Shown: positions 37,453 to 47,882, counted from the stretch's first letter. The stretch: 64,000 nucleotides of DNA from Myxococcota bacterium (GCA_965140415.1 OZ223209.1:4032001-4096000); one strand, 5' to 3'. A program made the numbers and translations. Notes: generated from the sequence alone by a model not told the origin.

Positions 37453-38631
37453 CTATTTTGAAAGCTTTCCGAAATGAAGCAGTGCCATAAGCATTCTATA
37501 ACCCGAGGTTGGGTGCCATTCCCTTAGGAGTTCCTCTGGATTTTCCAAAAGTAACGCGCGCAATTCGGCACGGCTCATATACCGCCAAGTGCTGAATTCA
37601 TAATCGGTTCGGGGGCTGCCGTGAAGAATTGAATCTAGCTGTTGACGTGTCAGAGAAAGCTTGATAATCACACAAAGCGCAATGTTTAGGATGTCGCCCT
37701 CAAGAAAAAGCGAAAGCAACTTGCAGTTATCCAAACTAAAATGCCCGTCCTCCTCATAAAGGCTCATTTCCTCATCTAACAAACGAGCGGTCCATTTGCC
37801 CAATATTCCATGCTTGGCAGTTCCTTTTAGGTCGTCTATTTGAATTTGCTCTTCTAGAGACGCCGCCCACTTGCCCCCATGCCATGCCATGTCTTTATTA
37901 CGGCGAACTATCAAACACAATGGGTCAGTATCTGCCGTGAAGATGATCGAATGTAAACAAAGACTGTTTGCAAATGTAACCCTTCGATCCACATATAGCT
38001 GTTGAAGTGCGGCCTCTCGCATTTCTGGGTTTGTGGCGATGAATTCGTTCGAATATCTAACCACGCTGTATTTTGTGTTTACAACTCGAAGCGTTAGCTC
38101 TTTATCACCATCAGAATATACTTTGGGCAACAACGCCAAGCATAGTTTGTCGCCATCACGCTGGAATTCATCCGCCTTATCGTCTGCATAATTGCGATAG
38201 GACTGGCTGTGCTCTTCTGGAAGGGCAAATGCCTCATTTGTGTAAAGCAGCTTGACCATGCTCAAAGGCCAACCACTAGCAGCATGCTTAACACCATCAG
38301 GGTGAATCTCAATGCTTTTTGCATTGCCGTAAATGGGGGGTCCAGGGTTGATCTCCCTAAACAATGGGTCGGTATGTTTTTCTGCAATTTCGGCAAGGAT
38401 TTCCCATGCAGTTTTTTCTCTTTTATTTTCTCTCCATGCAAAATAGACATTCTTAAATATCCAATAAATGGCTGCCATTGCTAAAAGAACAATAGCGAAA
38501 TACATTGGCTCAATTATTGGTTTATCCGGTGGGTATACGACAAAAACGACGACGGCCCCAAAAACAGCAAGCCATAATGGTAATGCTATTTTTTCCAATC
38601 TCGACATCACATAACCTTCTTTTCGAAACAT
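37453..38631 (-). CDS. 2-TM protein with NUDIX-like C-terminal domain
   Basis: Two TM helices; LIVRRN...GKWAASLEEQI...RLLDEEM resembles a divergent Nudix box. Confidence 0.55.
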   Translation of the reverse strand: MFRKEGYVMSRLEKIALPLWLAVFGAVVVFVVYPPDKPIIEPMYFAIVLLAMAAIYWIFKNVYFAWRENKREKTAWEILAEIAEKHTDPLFREINPGPPIYGNAKSIEIHPDGVKHAASGWPLSMVKLLYTNEAFALPEEHSQSYRNYADDKADEFQRDGDKLCLALLPKVYSDGDKELTLRVVNTKYSVVRYSNEFIATNPEMREAALQQLYVDRRVTFANSLCLHSIIFTADTDPLCLIVRRNKDMAWHGGKWAASLEEQIQIDDLKGTAKHGILGKWTARLLDEEMSLYEEDGHFSLDNCKLLSLFLEGDILNIALCVIIKLSLTRQQLDSILHGSPRTDYEFSTWRYMSRAELRALLLENPEELLREWHPTSGYRMLMALLHFGKLSK

Positions 38632-38643
38632 ATCATTTCCCTT

Positions 38644-38739
38644 TCACCCTTCCTCCACCAACCGCACTTTATCCATCCTTACGGTGGCATAGTCGGGGAA
38701 CAGGGTCGAACGCACGCGGTATTGACTAGGTTTGAGCAT
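38644..38739 (-). pseudogene. 31-codon chimeric mini-ORF: mrr N-terminus fused to the type IIG RM C-terminus
   Basis: MLKPSQYRVRSTLFPDYATVR-MDK-VRLVEEG*. Confidence 0.8.
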
Positions 38740-38763
38740 GGGGTGCTGTCTCGTTATTTTAGG

Positions 38764-39483
38764 TTATAGTTTCTTAATCTCTGCAACAGTTTGTTTAAAC
38801 TCACTCATAGTCTGATGAATTACACCCCCCATTCCCACAATGTAAACAATGGCTATAATGGGAAAAGCCAACTTATCGGACACGGTCTGAGGTACAAGCC
38901 AGCAGCAAACAAAAAATATCATCAGCAGTATTGCTCCGCTTAAAGCGCTATCACGCCTATTGGCTTTTATACGTTTAAGGTGTGGTTTGATTACTCTGTC
39001 CCAAATGTTGACTTTCGGATCATTCTCAAAATCTTGCGTTTTTAGTAATTGTATTCTGTTGTGAACAAGGAATGATGCAGTGAAGCACATCATGCTCATT
39101 ACCAGCAACCACGCCATAGGTGCCACCTCCAAAGCTCCGGGAGTAAGCACTGCGAAACTTAAAAATTCCACCACAGCCATAATCATTGGTAGTACCAAAT
39201 CGTCGAAATTCATACGGTAGGTTACAAGTAATGTACCACTTTGGGTTGTTAGATGAGTTACGAGAAATGAAGAAAAACTAGCCAGCCAAAACAACAATAA
39301 CAGGATATTATTATCATTTGCCATGAGTATTAATGAAAGTGTGTAGGCCGCGTATGCCAGTGAAGTGCCTTTCATTATGCCATAGGAAAACGTGTACGAG
39401 GCCCGCGTATTGTCCTTCGCCCTGCATTTCAAATCATCTTTAGATATCTGCATGCTGCACATGGCTTCAGTTTTCTCTTCCAT
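38764..39483 (-). CDS. multi-pass membrane hypothetical protein
   Basis: About 6 hydrophobic segments; AT-richer than flanking genes. Confidence 0.7.
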   Translation of the reverse strand: MEEKTEAMCSMQISKDDLKCRAKDNTRASYTFSYGIMKGTSLAYAAYTLSLILMANDNNILLLLFWLASFSSFLVTHLTTQSGTLLVTYRMNFDDLVLPMIMAVVEFLSFAVLTPGALEVAPMAWLLVMSMMCFTASFLVHNRIQLLKTQDFENDPKVNIWDRVIKPHLKRIKANRRDSALSGAILLMIFFVCCWLVPQTVSDKLAFPIIAIVYIVGMGGVIHQTMSEFKQTVAEIKKL

Positions 39484-39484
39484 T

Positions 39485-39512
39485 TTTCACCCTTCCTCCA
39501 CCAAGCGCACTT
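39485..39512. repeat. direct repeat B (type IIG gene 3' end); second copy at 38642-38669
   Basis: 28 bp with 1 mismatch. Confidence 0.9.
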
Positions 39513-42500
39513 CGGTGTCGGTGAGGCCGTACAGCTTGTAGGTCAGGGCGTTCATATCGGCTTCGGCACAGGCGATTTGCTCGTCCAGCGCTTGGATGTC
39601 GGCGTCGATTTTCACCACCTGCTTGCAAATGGCGTCGTTGTCCGTTTTGCGCAGCTTCAGCAGCAAACCCAGCAGGCGTTTGGCGTCGAACTTCTCGGTT
39701 ACGTTCGTCTGCCGCGCCTTGTGCCGCCACTGTGCCGCAATGAAGCTGGCTTCGTCGTCGTCCACGAAAATGCCCTCGATCAGCGCCGCGCCGTTTGCCA
39801 ACACGCGCAATTCGCCCATGTCGTTTTCCACCGTCAGCCGCACACCCGGTTGCAGCATGGCGTTGATGCGGTCGAAGTAGGCGGTCAGCTTCAATTCGCG
39901 TTGCAGCTTGGCCCATTCTGTCAACGCTTTGCCTTTCAACTCCGATGGCGCGGTTTTCTTAAGCGTCGCCACGGTTTCGACATCATCCCACAGCCATTTT
40001 TCGTTGCGCATTTCGTCGCTGCATTGCGGGCTGTTCAGGCGCTTGTCGATTGCAAGCTGCAAGTCGCGCCGTTTGGTGTGCAGGTCTTGCAGGTGTTTGG
40101 CCTTTTCGGCCACCTTGGCTTTGTCGTCGTCGCTGGCTTTGGGTATGGGCAGGGGGGCGATAAACTGTTTGTTTGCTTCGTAATAGCCGCCCGCCTTCGG
40201 TTTGGCAATGCGCTTGAAAATGTAATCGCAAAGCGGGGCATTCAACACACCAAGCAGAAACCAGCCGGTTTCGATATCGGTAGGTATAATGCCGTTCACC
40301 CGCACGTTGTTGAAGTAAAACGCGCCTTCGCTGTCGTAGCACACCCGCATGCCGGGCACCGTTTGCCCCACACACAGCTTGGGGATTTCCTGCTTGTCGA
40401 TGTTTTGGTGGCGGCCAAAGCGATACCATTGGTCGTCGTCAAATTTGCCCTTCTCCCGTGCTCTTAGTTCTTTTTCGTAGCTCACAAGGTAAGCCCACGC
40501 TTTGGGATATTGTTTCGCCATTTCACTGGCAGTATAAAGGTGCACTTTTCCCTTTGTCACAAGGTACGGAAAAAGCAAATGCGTGTTTGTGTTTGGTACT
40601 TCAAAGCGCTTTGCATCCGGCCCTGAAACCAGCGGGTGCATGATGGCATCTTCAATTTCCACTTCCACCGGCTCTTTATTGCCCTGTGGTTTGTGCAAGT
40701 ATCGGTTTGGGGCTATGCGCTGCAAGTGGTATATGTAATCGGCACTTGTTTGAATGCCAACCATAATGCCTTTGCAAGATTTGTTCAAACGCTTGCAGCT
40801 TGCAATCAACTTTTCATGAAGCGCCCGCTCGGTGTTGGGCATAAGCACCCAACCGTCATCTTGCGGCAATTCGGCATAAAAGGCGCTGTCTTCCACTTCT
40901 CGCCAATCCACCGCCGCAATATCCTGCTTGCCATGCGGGGCAAAGACGCACCGGATGCGGTCGTGCGGGAAGCCGGTAAAGAATTGCAGGGCGGTATAGG
41001 TAATCGCCTCGTCAAACACCTGATAGCTTTTGAAATCAATCCAGCGATCCAGCCGCCGCGTGCGCCTGAGCTTTTGCCGCAAGCCCCTGCCGTATTCGTT
41101 GACCATCCACACGTTGGGCGCGATGTAGCCCATTTTGCCCTGCGGGTTCAAGAGTTCCACGCCACGCTCGATAAAGGGCAGATACAAATCGAAGTTGCCC
41201 GTTTGCGTGCTTTCATAAAGCGGCCCGCCGCCCTCGCGCTTGGCGTTCAACAAATAGCCCGCCACGTCTTCCTGTATCTTGCGGAAGTGTTGCAGCTTTA
41301 CATAAGGCGGGTTGCCGATGACGCAATCAAAACCGCCGTTTTCGCGGTTAAACACTTCGGGGAAGGTTTCCCGCCAATCAAAGGTGTTCACGCGCTCCTG
41401 CTCGTCTTCCGAGAACATATCCCGGCTTTGCTGCACTTGGGCGTAGAAATCATGGCCGATCAGCGAATTGCCGCAACGGATGTTTTCGTCCAGCGTGGTC
41501 AACGGGCGATCCGGCAGCGCCGTATGCAGCCACAAAGCCAACCGGGTGATCTCCACCGATTCGGCGTTGATGTCCACGCCATACAGGTTTTTGGAAAGCA
41601 CCGCACGCATGGCCGCGTGGGTGTCGAACAGGCCCATGCTGCCGGTCACGCGCTCAAGCTCTTTGGCGATCCACTGGCGTTGCTCGTACAGATATTTGAA
41701 CGCCTGAATCAGAAACGCGCCCGACCCGCAAGCCGGATCGACCACCTTCAGCTCGTCCATGCGGTCGCTGTATTTGTGCAGGGCGGCTTCGTATTCCGCA
41801 ACCACCTTGTCTTTGCGCTTGTCTTGGCGGTGGGTGCTGATTTGCTCGTCGGTGACATCGGTAAACTTGTCAAAGCCAAGCTCTTTGCGAATCTCGGCCA
41901 AGCGCGCCCCAACGGTTTCCTCCACGATGTAGTGCGTCACCCATTCGGGCGTGTAGTACACACCATCGCGCTTGCGCTTGGTAAGCTCTGTCAGCGATTC
42001 GCGTCCCTCGGCATGAGCTTCCATCACTTCCAGTTCGGTAATGCTCTGCTCGAAAATGCGCCCCATAGCCGTAAGCGTCAGGGTGCGCCCGTCGCCTTCA
42101 TCCGACGCGCCGAAGTTGTACTTGGCCGACAAATACAGCAGGGTGTCGGGGTATTTCATCAGACGCTTTTCGCTCTGCCCTTGGTTCTGCCTGCAAAACA
42201 CCGTGTTGGGCAACTTAAGCGCGTCCATCTCCTTGTCTTCGGCAAACAGCCCACCGTTAAAGCGGTTGATGCGTTCCTTGCCAAAGGGCGTGCCGTCGCG
42301 CATGGATACAAACAACTGCCGGATGCGGTTCCATGCGTTGGTGCCGTTTGGGTCGTAGTATTCGTCGTTGGACACGTAAATCAGCACATCCCTGAGCACG
42401 TTTGGCGGGAAGCTAAGCTCGCGCCCCATGTCCTCGCAGTACAGGATGAAAATGCAGCGATCCATAATGCGCTGGGTAAACTTGACCAAACGCCGCAAGC

Positions 42501-43329
42501 GGCCTTCCTGCTCGTATTGCGGGTTGTGCTTGCGCAGCGCCTTGTAAATGGCTTCTCGGTAGGCGTGGTATTCCTTGTAAAACTCGTTTTCCAACGCTTC
42601 TTCATGGGTGATCTGCGCATCCAACAGCTTTTCAAGCGGGCTTTTGCCGCTGGTCGCAAGCAGGCTGTCGCGGTGGAAGGTTTTATAGAACAGAAAACGG
42701 TGGAACGCCGCGTCGGTATCGTCGCCCAAAAGCGAATGAGCCAGGTCGCCCTCGGCTGGCTTGATGACAAAGCGCTGGTATTGCGCCTTGTTGCCGTACA
42801 GGTACAGCCGGAACTCGTTCATATCCGTAACCAAGCCCCATGTGGGCAGAATGGGCGAAATCAGCCCCGTGCGGGATTCCCGCAAATAGTCGAGGCATTG
42901 GTCAACGGGCGAGCGGTCGTTGGGGCGGTTCGATTGTGGCTTGTCCAGCCCGGAGCGGTCGTCTTTGAATTCGCCCAATACCTGCGGGATTTCTTCCATG
43001 TCCGCTTGGCCGAAAAAGCCCAAGGCCAAATCGGCTTCGCCGGTGCCGCCACGCTGCCCCGCGCCTTTGACCGGGTATTGCTGTTGCAGGGTGTAACCTT
43101 CGCCTTTTACCGCTTCGCCGCTGGCCACATAGCCCCACGTCTGCTTGAAAAACACGTCAATAAACGTGCCCTCGCTGGCGGTTTCCTTCTGCCAGTCTTT
43201 TGCAGCCCAATTCTGCAAGCGGGTCAAGAGGGCTTGGGCTTCGTCGCTATCGTTAAACGCCTCAAACTCTTTCGCCCAAATCGAGCGAAGGTAGGCGGTA
43301 TTGAACAAAGGCTGATGCTTCTCAGGCAT
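39487..43329 (-). CDS. type IIG (Eco57I/TaqI-like) fused restriction-modification enzyme, N6-adenine MTase
   Basis: N-terminal ADLAL...LGEFK nuclease; RKRDGVYYTP, DPACGSGAF, IGNPPY; C-terminal TRD. Confidence 0.9.
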   Translation of the reverse strand: MPEKHQPLFNTAYLRSIWAKEFEAFNDSDEAQALLTRLQNWAAKDWQKETASEGTFIDVFFKQTWGYVASGEAVKGEGYTLQQQYPVKGAGQRGGTGEADLALGFFGQADMEEIPQVLGEFKDDRSGLDKPQSNRPNDRSPVDQCLDYLRESRTGLISPILPTWGLVTDMNEFRLYLYGNKAQYQRFVIKPAEGDLAHSLLGDDTDAAFHRFLFYKTFHRDSLLATSGKSPLEKLLDAQITHEEALENEFYKEYHAYREAIYKALRKHNPQYEQEGRLRRLVKFTQRIMDRCIFILYCEDMGRELSFPPNVLRDVLIYVSNDEYYDPNGTNAWNRIRQLFVSMRDGTPFGKERINRFNGGLFAEDKEMDALKLPNTVFCRQNQGQSEKRLMKYPDTLLYLSAKYNFGASDEGDGRTLTLTAMGRIFEQSITELEVMEAHAEGRESLTELTKRKRDGVYYTPEWVTHYIVEETVGARLAEIRKELGFDKFTDVTDEQISTHRQDKRKDKVVAEYEAALHKYSDRMDELKVVDPACGSGAFLIQAFKYLYEQRQWIAKELERVTGSMGLFDTHAAMRAVLSKNLYGVDINAESVEITRLALWLHTALPDRPLTTLDENIRCGNSLIGHDFYAQVQQSRDMFSEDEQERVNTFDWRETFPEVFNRENGGFDCVIGNPPYVKLQHFRKIQEDVAGYLLNAKREGGGPLYESTQTGNFDLYLPFIERGVELLNPQGKMGYIAPNVWMVNEYGRGLRQKLRRTRRLDRWIDFKSYQVFDEAITYTALQFFTGFPHDRIRCVFAPHGKQDIAAVDWREVEDSAFYAELPQDDGWVLMPNTERALHEKLIASCKRLNKSCKGIMVGIQTSADYIYHLQRIAPNRYLHKPQGNKEPVEVEIEDAIMHPLVSGPDAKRFEVPNTNTHLLFPYLVTKGKVHLYTASEMAKQYPKAWAYLVSYEKELRAREKGKFDDDQWYRFGRHQNIDKQEIPKLCVGQTVPGMRVCYDSEGAFYFNNVRVNGIIPTDIETGWFLLGVLNAPLCDYIFKRIAKPKAGGYYEANKQFIAPLPIPKASDDDKAKVAEKAKHLQDLHTKRRDLQLAIDKRLNSPQCSDEMRNEKWLWDDVETVATLKKTAPSELKGKALTEWAKLQRELKLTAYFDRINAMLQPGVRLTVENDMGELRVLANGAALIEGIFVDDDEASFIAAQWRHKARQTNVTEKFDAKRLLGLLLKLRKTDNDAICKQVVKIDADIQALDEQIACAEADMNALTYKLYGLTDTEVRLVEEG

Positions 43330-43505
43330 TTACACTTCTCCAAAAAGCTGGTTGAAATCGGCAAGTTGATGTGCGCAAAAAATATCACGCAGGACTTGGA
43401 ATTGCCAGATAAAATAATGTGGTCATCCCGCTATTTGCATGTTTTGCAACGGCGTATGACATATTCTGTCACATGGTCTGCTCGATTTGCCCACAGCGCA
43501 GCAAA

Positions 43506-44006
43506 TCATTTATCCCATTCAATGTCGATGGTTTCGATATCGGCTTTCTTTAGCGCTGCAATGGCATTGCTTGAGCCGCCTCTAAAGACTAGCCACACGA
43601 CTGCCTCGACATAGCCAGCTTGTAAAAGCCACCGGTCTTTTTCGATTTGCGCCCTTGTGCTTTTGTTTAGGTAAACGTAGCCGGATTTTACTTCCACCGC
43701 CAACCGCAAGGAATCGTAATACAAGTCAATCCTGCGACGACCATGCGGAGTAATGAACGTCTTCTGCTTTTGCGGCTTGTCGTCCGGTCCTATCCGCAAG
43801 CGGTCACGCAGGTTGTTGACAGTAAGCACCTCTCCCATCAATTCAAACAATTGCCCCCTTGTACGGTTCTGCAAGTTGCACATCTCCCGATAAACTTTGG
43901 GGCGAATAATGGCCGGATCAACCCCGGCATCGCGTAACACTGTTTCCATGTTCTTCTTGAAATATTGGCGACGATTGGCGGCAAGTTCTTTTTTGTACGA
44001 ATTCAT
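43506..44006 (-). CDS. PD-(D/E)xK nuclease resembling REase-fold toxin domains
   Basis: GRRRIDLY...AVEVKSGY...QIEKD...VVW. Confidence 0.6.
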   Translation of the reverse strand: MNSYKKELAANRRQYFKKNMETVLRDAGVDPAIIRPKVYREMCNLQNRTRGQLFELMGEVLTVNNLRDRLRIGPDDKPQKQKTFITPHGRRRIDLYYDSLRLAVEVKSGYVYLNKSTRAQIEKDRWLLQAGYVEAVVWLVFRGGSSNAIAALKKADIETIDIEWDK

Positions 44007-44782
44007 GGCAATATCTCCGGATCGGCCTTTAACATTTCGTCCAACCAAAGCCTTTGTTTGGACAGATCGTAAGGCGCATCGAGATCAGAAAACTGGCAAA
44101 GCTCGCTCTCACCCCATATTTTTGTCGCCGATATAATGCAACCCATCGCGTCTTGCTTAAGCTGCGTAACAGCTAACATACGCAGTACACGACCCTCAAG
44201 AAAAGGTTTCAACAGGCGCAAAAACAATGGAGCGGTAGACGCAAGTTCAGCGCAATCTACAAGAGAAGCCCAGCACCATTGCCATGAAAGTTGCCTGCCC
44301 TTGGTTTTTGTCGCTTTCAAATACGAACGCACCGAACGCAGCTTTGCAAGGCTGGTACCTTTGGCCTCGCATAACAGGTATTCATCCGTTCGGCTATTGT
44401 ATGCAACTGCATCCACGCCGTGAATATCCCACGCCAGATCATTGGCGAATATGGTCTGCCAGTTGGATAAACTCTCCAGTGCGTAATACAAACCGGCCAC
44501 TCCGCCACTTTCTTTGCTTGGATAGGCGGTTGCTGTACCATCCACCACAGGAAAATCCTCTGTTGAAAATTCCGCCGACCATGGGGTGGCTGTGTCCCCT
44601 TGGCCGTTGGTGGCATCAGGCATCAATTCTGCCAAACGTTTTGCAATAATCGCCATTTCATGCAGCGGATTAACTGCATGCGCCATTGCCGCCTTGATTT
44701 CGCTTTCCATGGCCGTCGCTGTGCTCAATAGATTTCCTAAAGGCTGTTCAAATTTTTTTGTAGGTTGCACAAGCATACCCAT
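44003..44782 (-). CDS. PD-(D/E)xK nuclease-like protein
   Basis: HGVDAVAY...LLCEAKG...KGRQLSWQW; ATGA-coupled to the downstream nuclease; start uncertain. Confidence 0.55.
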   Translation of the reverse strand: MGMLVQPTKKFEQPLGNLLSTATAMESEIKAAMAHAVNPLHEMAIIAKRLAELMPDATNGQGDTATPWSAEFSTEDFPVVDGTATAYPSKESGGVAGLYYALESLSNWQTIFANDLAWDIHGVDAVAYNSRTDEYLLCEAKGTSLAKLRSVRSYLKATKTKGRQLSWQWCWASLVDCAELASTAPLFLRLLKPFLEGRVLRMLAVTQLKQDAMGCIISATKIWGESELCQFSDLDAPYDLSKQRLWLDEMLKADPEILP

Positions 44783-44925
44783 CGAATAATAGCACACACC
44801 ATCCCTTGTCGCGCCGACAATCGGCCTGTGACGGGCGTTCGGCACCGGGCGTAGGGTTGGGCTGGCTCGGCGGGCGGCCGGGGCGAGAAACGGCGAGTCA
44901 GGGGAATTGCAGGATGCAAGGGGGG

Positions 44926-47583
44926 CTATTTCTTTTTTTTCTTTTTACGCCGTTCCCAAATATCTGCTACCCAATTTTCGAGTGCGTCTATGTCCTGCTT
45001 TAGCTGGTCGGGGGTGGGCATATTAAAACCGCCCATCGCTGCTGCATCGTCGTGCCCTCTGTGGAAGGCAGAACATTTCCCCATGTTATCATCGATAACC
45101 TTGTAATCACTTTCCGAAATATCTAGTGCATTCTCAAGCCGTTGCGTTTCGACTGATGCCTTATACCGCATTACTGTTCGGTTAAGCAGCACTTCCTCGA
45201 TGCCTCTTTCCCACGCTTCACGAAGAAAACCGTACAGTTCCTTTGCTGCGGTTTCGTAATCTTTGCTGGTTTGGGTGCGGTGTATTTTTTCGGCGGCATG
45301 CCATTTATTTCTAAGCCAACCAATGCGCCTTTTGGTGGTCATGCCGGGCCACGGCAAACCCGGTTCGCATCGACCAACTCGGTCCCCCTGTCTTACAAGT
45401 TCAATGGCGGCGAAATCAGCTCTCATTTCTTTGGCGGATTCCTCCAAGGCCAGCAAGAAGATGATGTCATGTGTGAACACAACTACCTGTCTACCTCTTG
45501 CTTCTTCGGCCAATCGTCCAGCCACCCATCTCCTATATCGGTGGTCAAGTGAGCACACAGGGTCGTCAAACACAATGCCTGACTCTGTGGTTACATCAAG
45601 CTCCGCAAGAAAGGCTGCCAAAGCAATAACGCGGTGTTCGCCCTCGCTCAAAATGACATCAGGGTTGGGAGCCGTCGATGCCGTGTTTGCCAGCACAATA
45701 TGGTGGTATATAGCCCCCCTTTGGCCACCGGCGCTTTCCAACTTAGGCTGAATACCTACGACCCCAAGCTTCTTTAACTCGCTCTCAAATGCTTTACACA
45801 AACTGTCGGTAATTTCTTGCTCAGCAATTGCCTTGGTTGCCCGTGTTATATGTGATGTGTTGGTTGCGGCTTTTGCCTTGGTAAGCAACTCAATTCGCTT
45901 CAACGCATCCAGATAACGGAGCACCTGTTGTCGCTTTTGGCCAAGCATTTCTTTCGCTTCTTGCTCGCTTATCTGCTGTTGCACCTTTTCCTGCTCGGCG
46001 CTGTTGTCCTTGTTGCGCAGTTCGGCAGCCTTTGCTTGTTTATCATCAAGCAATTTCTTGAATTTGGGTAAGGCGTCGTCTGACATCTTGCCAATATCTG
46101 GCATTGTTGGCGATTCGCCACCTCTTACAACCAGCTCAAGCTCACCAATTGCCGCCTGTATTGCGGTTGCAGTGTCGAGGAATTCTCGCAGGGCTTTCGC
46201 TAAATCGGATGCATCAGCCTCTATCTCTTTGAGAACATTGTCGTCGCTGTCACCACGCACCCTAAGTTTTGCTTCTGCCATTGCCTTGCAAGCTGCAAGA
46301 ACCGCCTCTTGTGCTTTTTCCTCCTGCTGTTGCGTATCCGTGCGCACAAATTCTTCAAACCGTTGCAAACGATCTGTGGCGGCAACATCAAGGGGTTGAT
46401 GGCAAAGTACGCATTGCGCCTGATCTTCTGTAACCGGAAATTCCTGCTTTGAATAGGCGGCTTCGGTGGAGTATCTCCGAGCCGCATCCCAAAGAGTTTT
46501 CCACGGGCTTGTTCCCACACCGTTGAGAAGCGCATCATCATCGCTGAATGCCTGCTGTTGGGCGGCCTTGGAAGCCTGCTGTGCAGTGGTATATTCCGCA
46601 AGCTTGCTGGCCAATTGTGATATAGCATTCTCACCCAAACCAGCCTGAATCTTTACAAGGCGCTGGTATAGAGGGTTGCATTGGCTTACAAGCCTGTCGA
46701 TAGCTATTGCATCGTTTTGCGGGTTTGCTTTCTTAAGCCGTTCAAGCTCTTTTTTTAACTCTGCTAGCTTCTTTTTCTCTTCATCGCTCAAACCTGCAAG
46801 CTTTTTGACCTCTTCCGGGTCTGTGGATGCATCAAGGCTGCCAAACAGTTTGCTTACTGCGGTGTTTTGTGGAGGGTCGAAGGGCAACCCGTCATCTTTA
46901 ATGCGGTTACTTTGGTCAAACTCTGCGTTTAGCACCTCTTGCACCTGCCCGCATACTTTGGCTAGCTGCGATAAGAGATCCATGCCAGCCGGTTGATAGG
47001 CAGGGTCGGTTTTATCCGCAATGTACACTTGGGCTGAATTGTGGTCGAACACGCTGATCTGTGATAGTTCATCCGGCGCTGGCTTGTTGTTTTGCCAGTC
47101 GAAAGCAAGTTTCGTTTGCCTGTTAATGCTGAACTCAATTGTGGCTTTTGGTTCAGCGCGGTTACCGGTGTTGGCGTTCTTCTCAACTTTCTCTTTTTGG
47201 CCACGTGCACGGCAAGCCTGTTTTATTACTCTCGCATAGCTTGACTTACCGCTGCCATTGTCTCCGTAAAATACGCTTAGACCATTCTGGCTGAATGGTA
47301 GCGTTTGCTTATCTACTGTTGCACATACATTGAAATTCTCATGAAGCTTTTCAAGGCGAATCGATTGTATATTTGTGCTTTGGTTTGGAAGGTGGCTTGC
47401 CTCAATGGGCGTTGGTTCAAGCTCAATACCCTTCCAGCCCTGCTCCTTTTTGCAAAGCTTCGCAACTTCCTCAATATCCTGCTGCGATAATGGGCCATTG
47501 ATATGTACAATTCTACGCAGAGCGTCTTGCTGCCATTCGGGCCAATCTTGCGCACAACTTAAAACTTGTTGGTAAACGTTCAT
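44926..47583 (-). CDS. RloC-like SMC/ABC ATPase with zinc hook and possible HEPN-like C-terminus
   Basis: GDNGSGKS, CVLC hook within coiled coil, LSEGE, VFDDPVCSLD, FTHD; C-terminal helical domain with HRGHD. Confidence 0.7.
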   Translation of the reverse strand: MNVYQQVLSCAQDWPEWQQDALRRIVHINGPLSQQDIEEVAKLCKKEQGWKGIELEPTPIEASHLPNQSTNIQSIRLEKLHENFNVCATVDKQTLPFSQNGLSVFYGDNGSGKSSYARVIKQACRARGQKEKVEKNANTGNRAEPKATIEFSINRQTKLAFDWQNNKPAPDELSQISVFDHNSAQVYIADKTDPAYQPAGMDLLSQLAKVCGQVQEVLNAEFDQSNRIKDDGLPFDPPQNTAVSKLFGSLDASTDPEEVKKLAGLSDEEKKKLAELKKELERLKKANPQNDAIAIDRLVSQCNPLYQRLVKIQAGLGENAISQLASKLAEYTTAQQASKAAQQQAFSDDDALLNGVGTSPWKTLWDAARRYSTEAAYSKQEFPVTEDQAQCVLCHQPLDVAATDRLQRFEEFVRTDTQQQEEKAQEAVLAACKAMAEAKLRVRGDSDDNVLKEIEADASDLAKALREFLDTATAIQAAIGELELVVRGGESPTMPDIGKMSDDALPKFKKLLDDKQAKAAELRNKDNSAEQEKVQQQISEQEAKEMLGQKRQQVLRYLDALKRIELLTKAKAATNTSHITRATKAIAEQEITDSLCKAFESELKKLGVVGIQPKLESAGGQRGAIYHHIVLANTASTAPNPDVILSEGEHRVIALAAFLAELDVTTESGIVFDDPVCSLDHRYRRWVAGRLAEEARGRQVVVFTHDIIFLLALEESAKEMRADFAAIELVRQGDRVGRCEPGLPWPGMTTKRRIGWLRNKWHAAEKIHRTQTSKDYETAAKELYGFLREAWERGIEEVLLNRTVMRYKASVETQRLENALDISESDYKVIDDNMGKCSAFHRGHDDAAAMGGFNMPTPDQLKQDIDALENWVADIWERRKKKKKK

Positions 47584-47882
47584 CCCCACCTCCAAAACAC
47601 CGCAAAAAACTACCGAAACGATGTGGCAACTATAAGGCATTTCAGGCAGACTGAAAAGAATAATATGCAAAGGTAATACTTTAAGTGTGCCAGAATATGT
47701 CATACCTTGCATGGTGCTGCTTTGTGGCAACAGCGCGTGAAGGGCGACACAGCCTGATTGCAGCTTGCAACTTGCAATTGCAGGCTGCAAGTTGCGGGTC
47801 GCGGGGTCTTCGCATTTTCTCGCAAGGAATGAGTTGCTCCGGGGCGCGAGGCTCCGTTAACATGGCTGCAATAGGAGGCGCG

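Noticed and set aside
40636-43614. 992-aa plus-strand ORF
   Set aside because: Antisense shadow of the type IIG RM gene; no motifs, and the pattern is expected from GC-rich codon bias.
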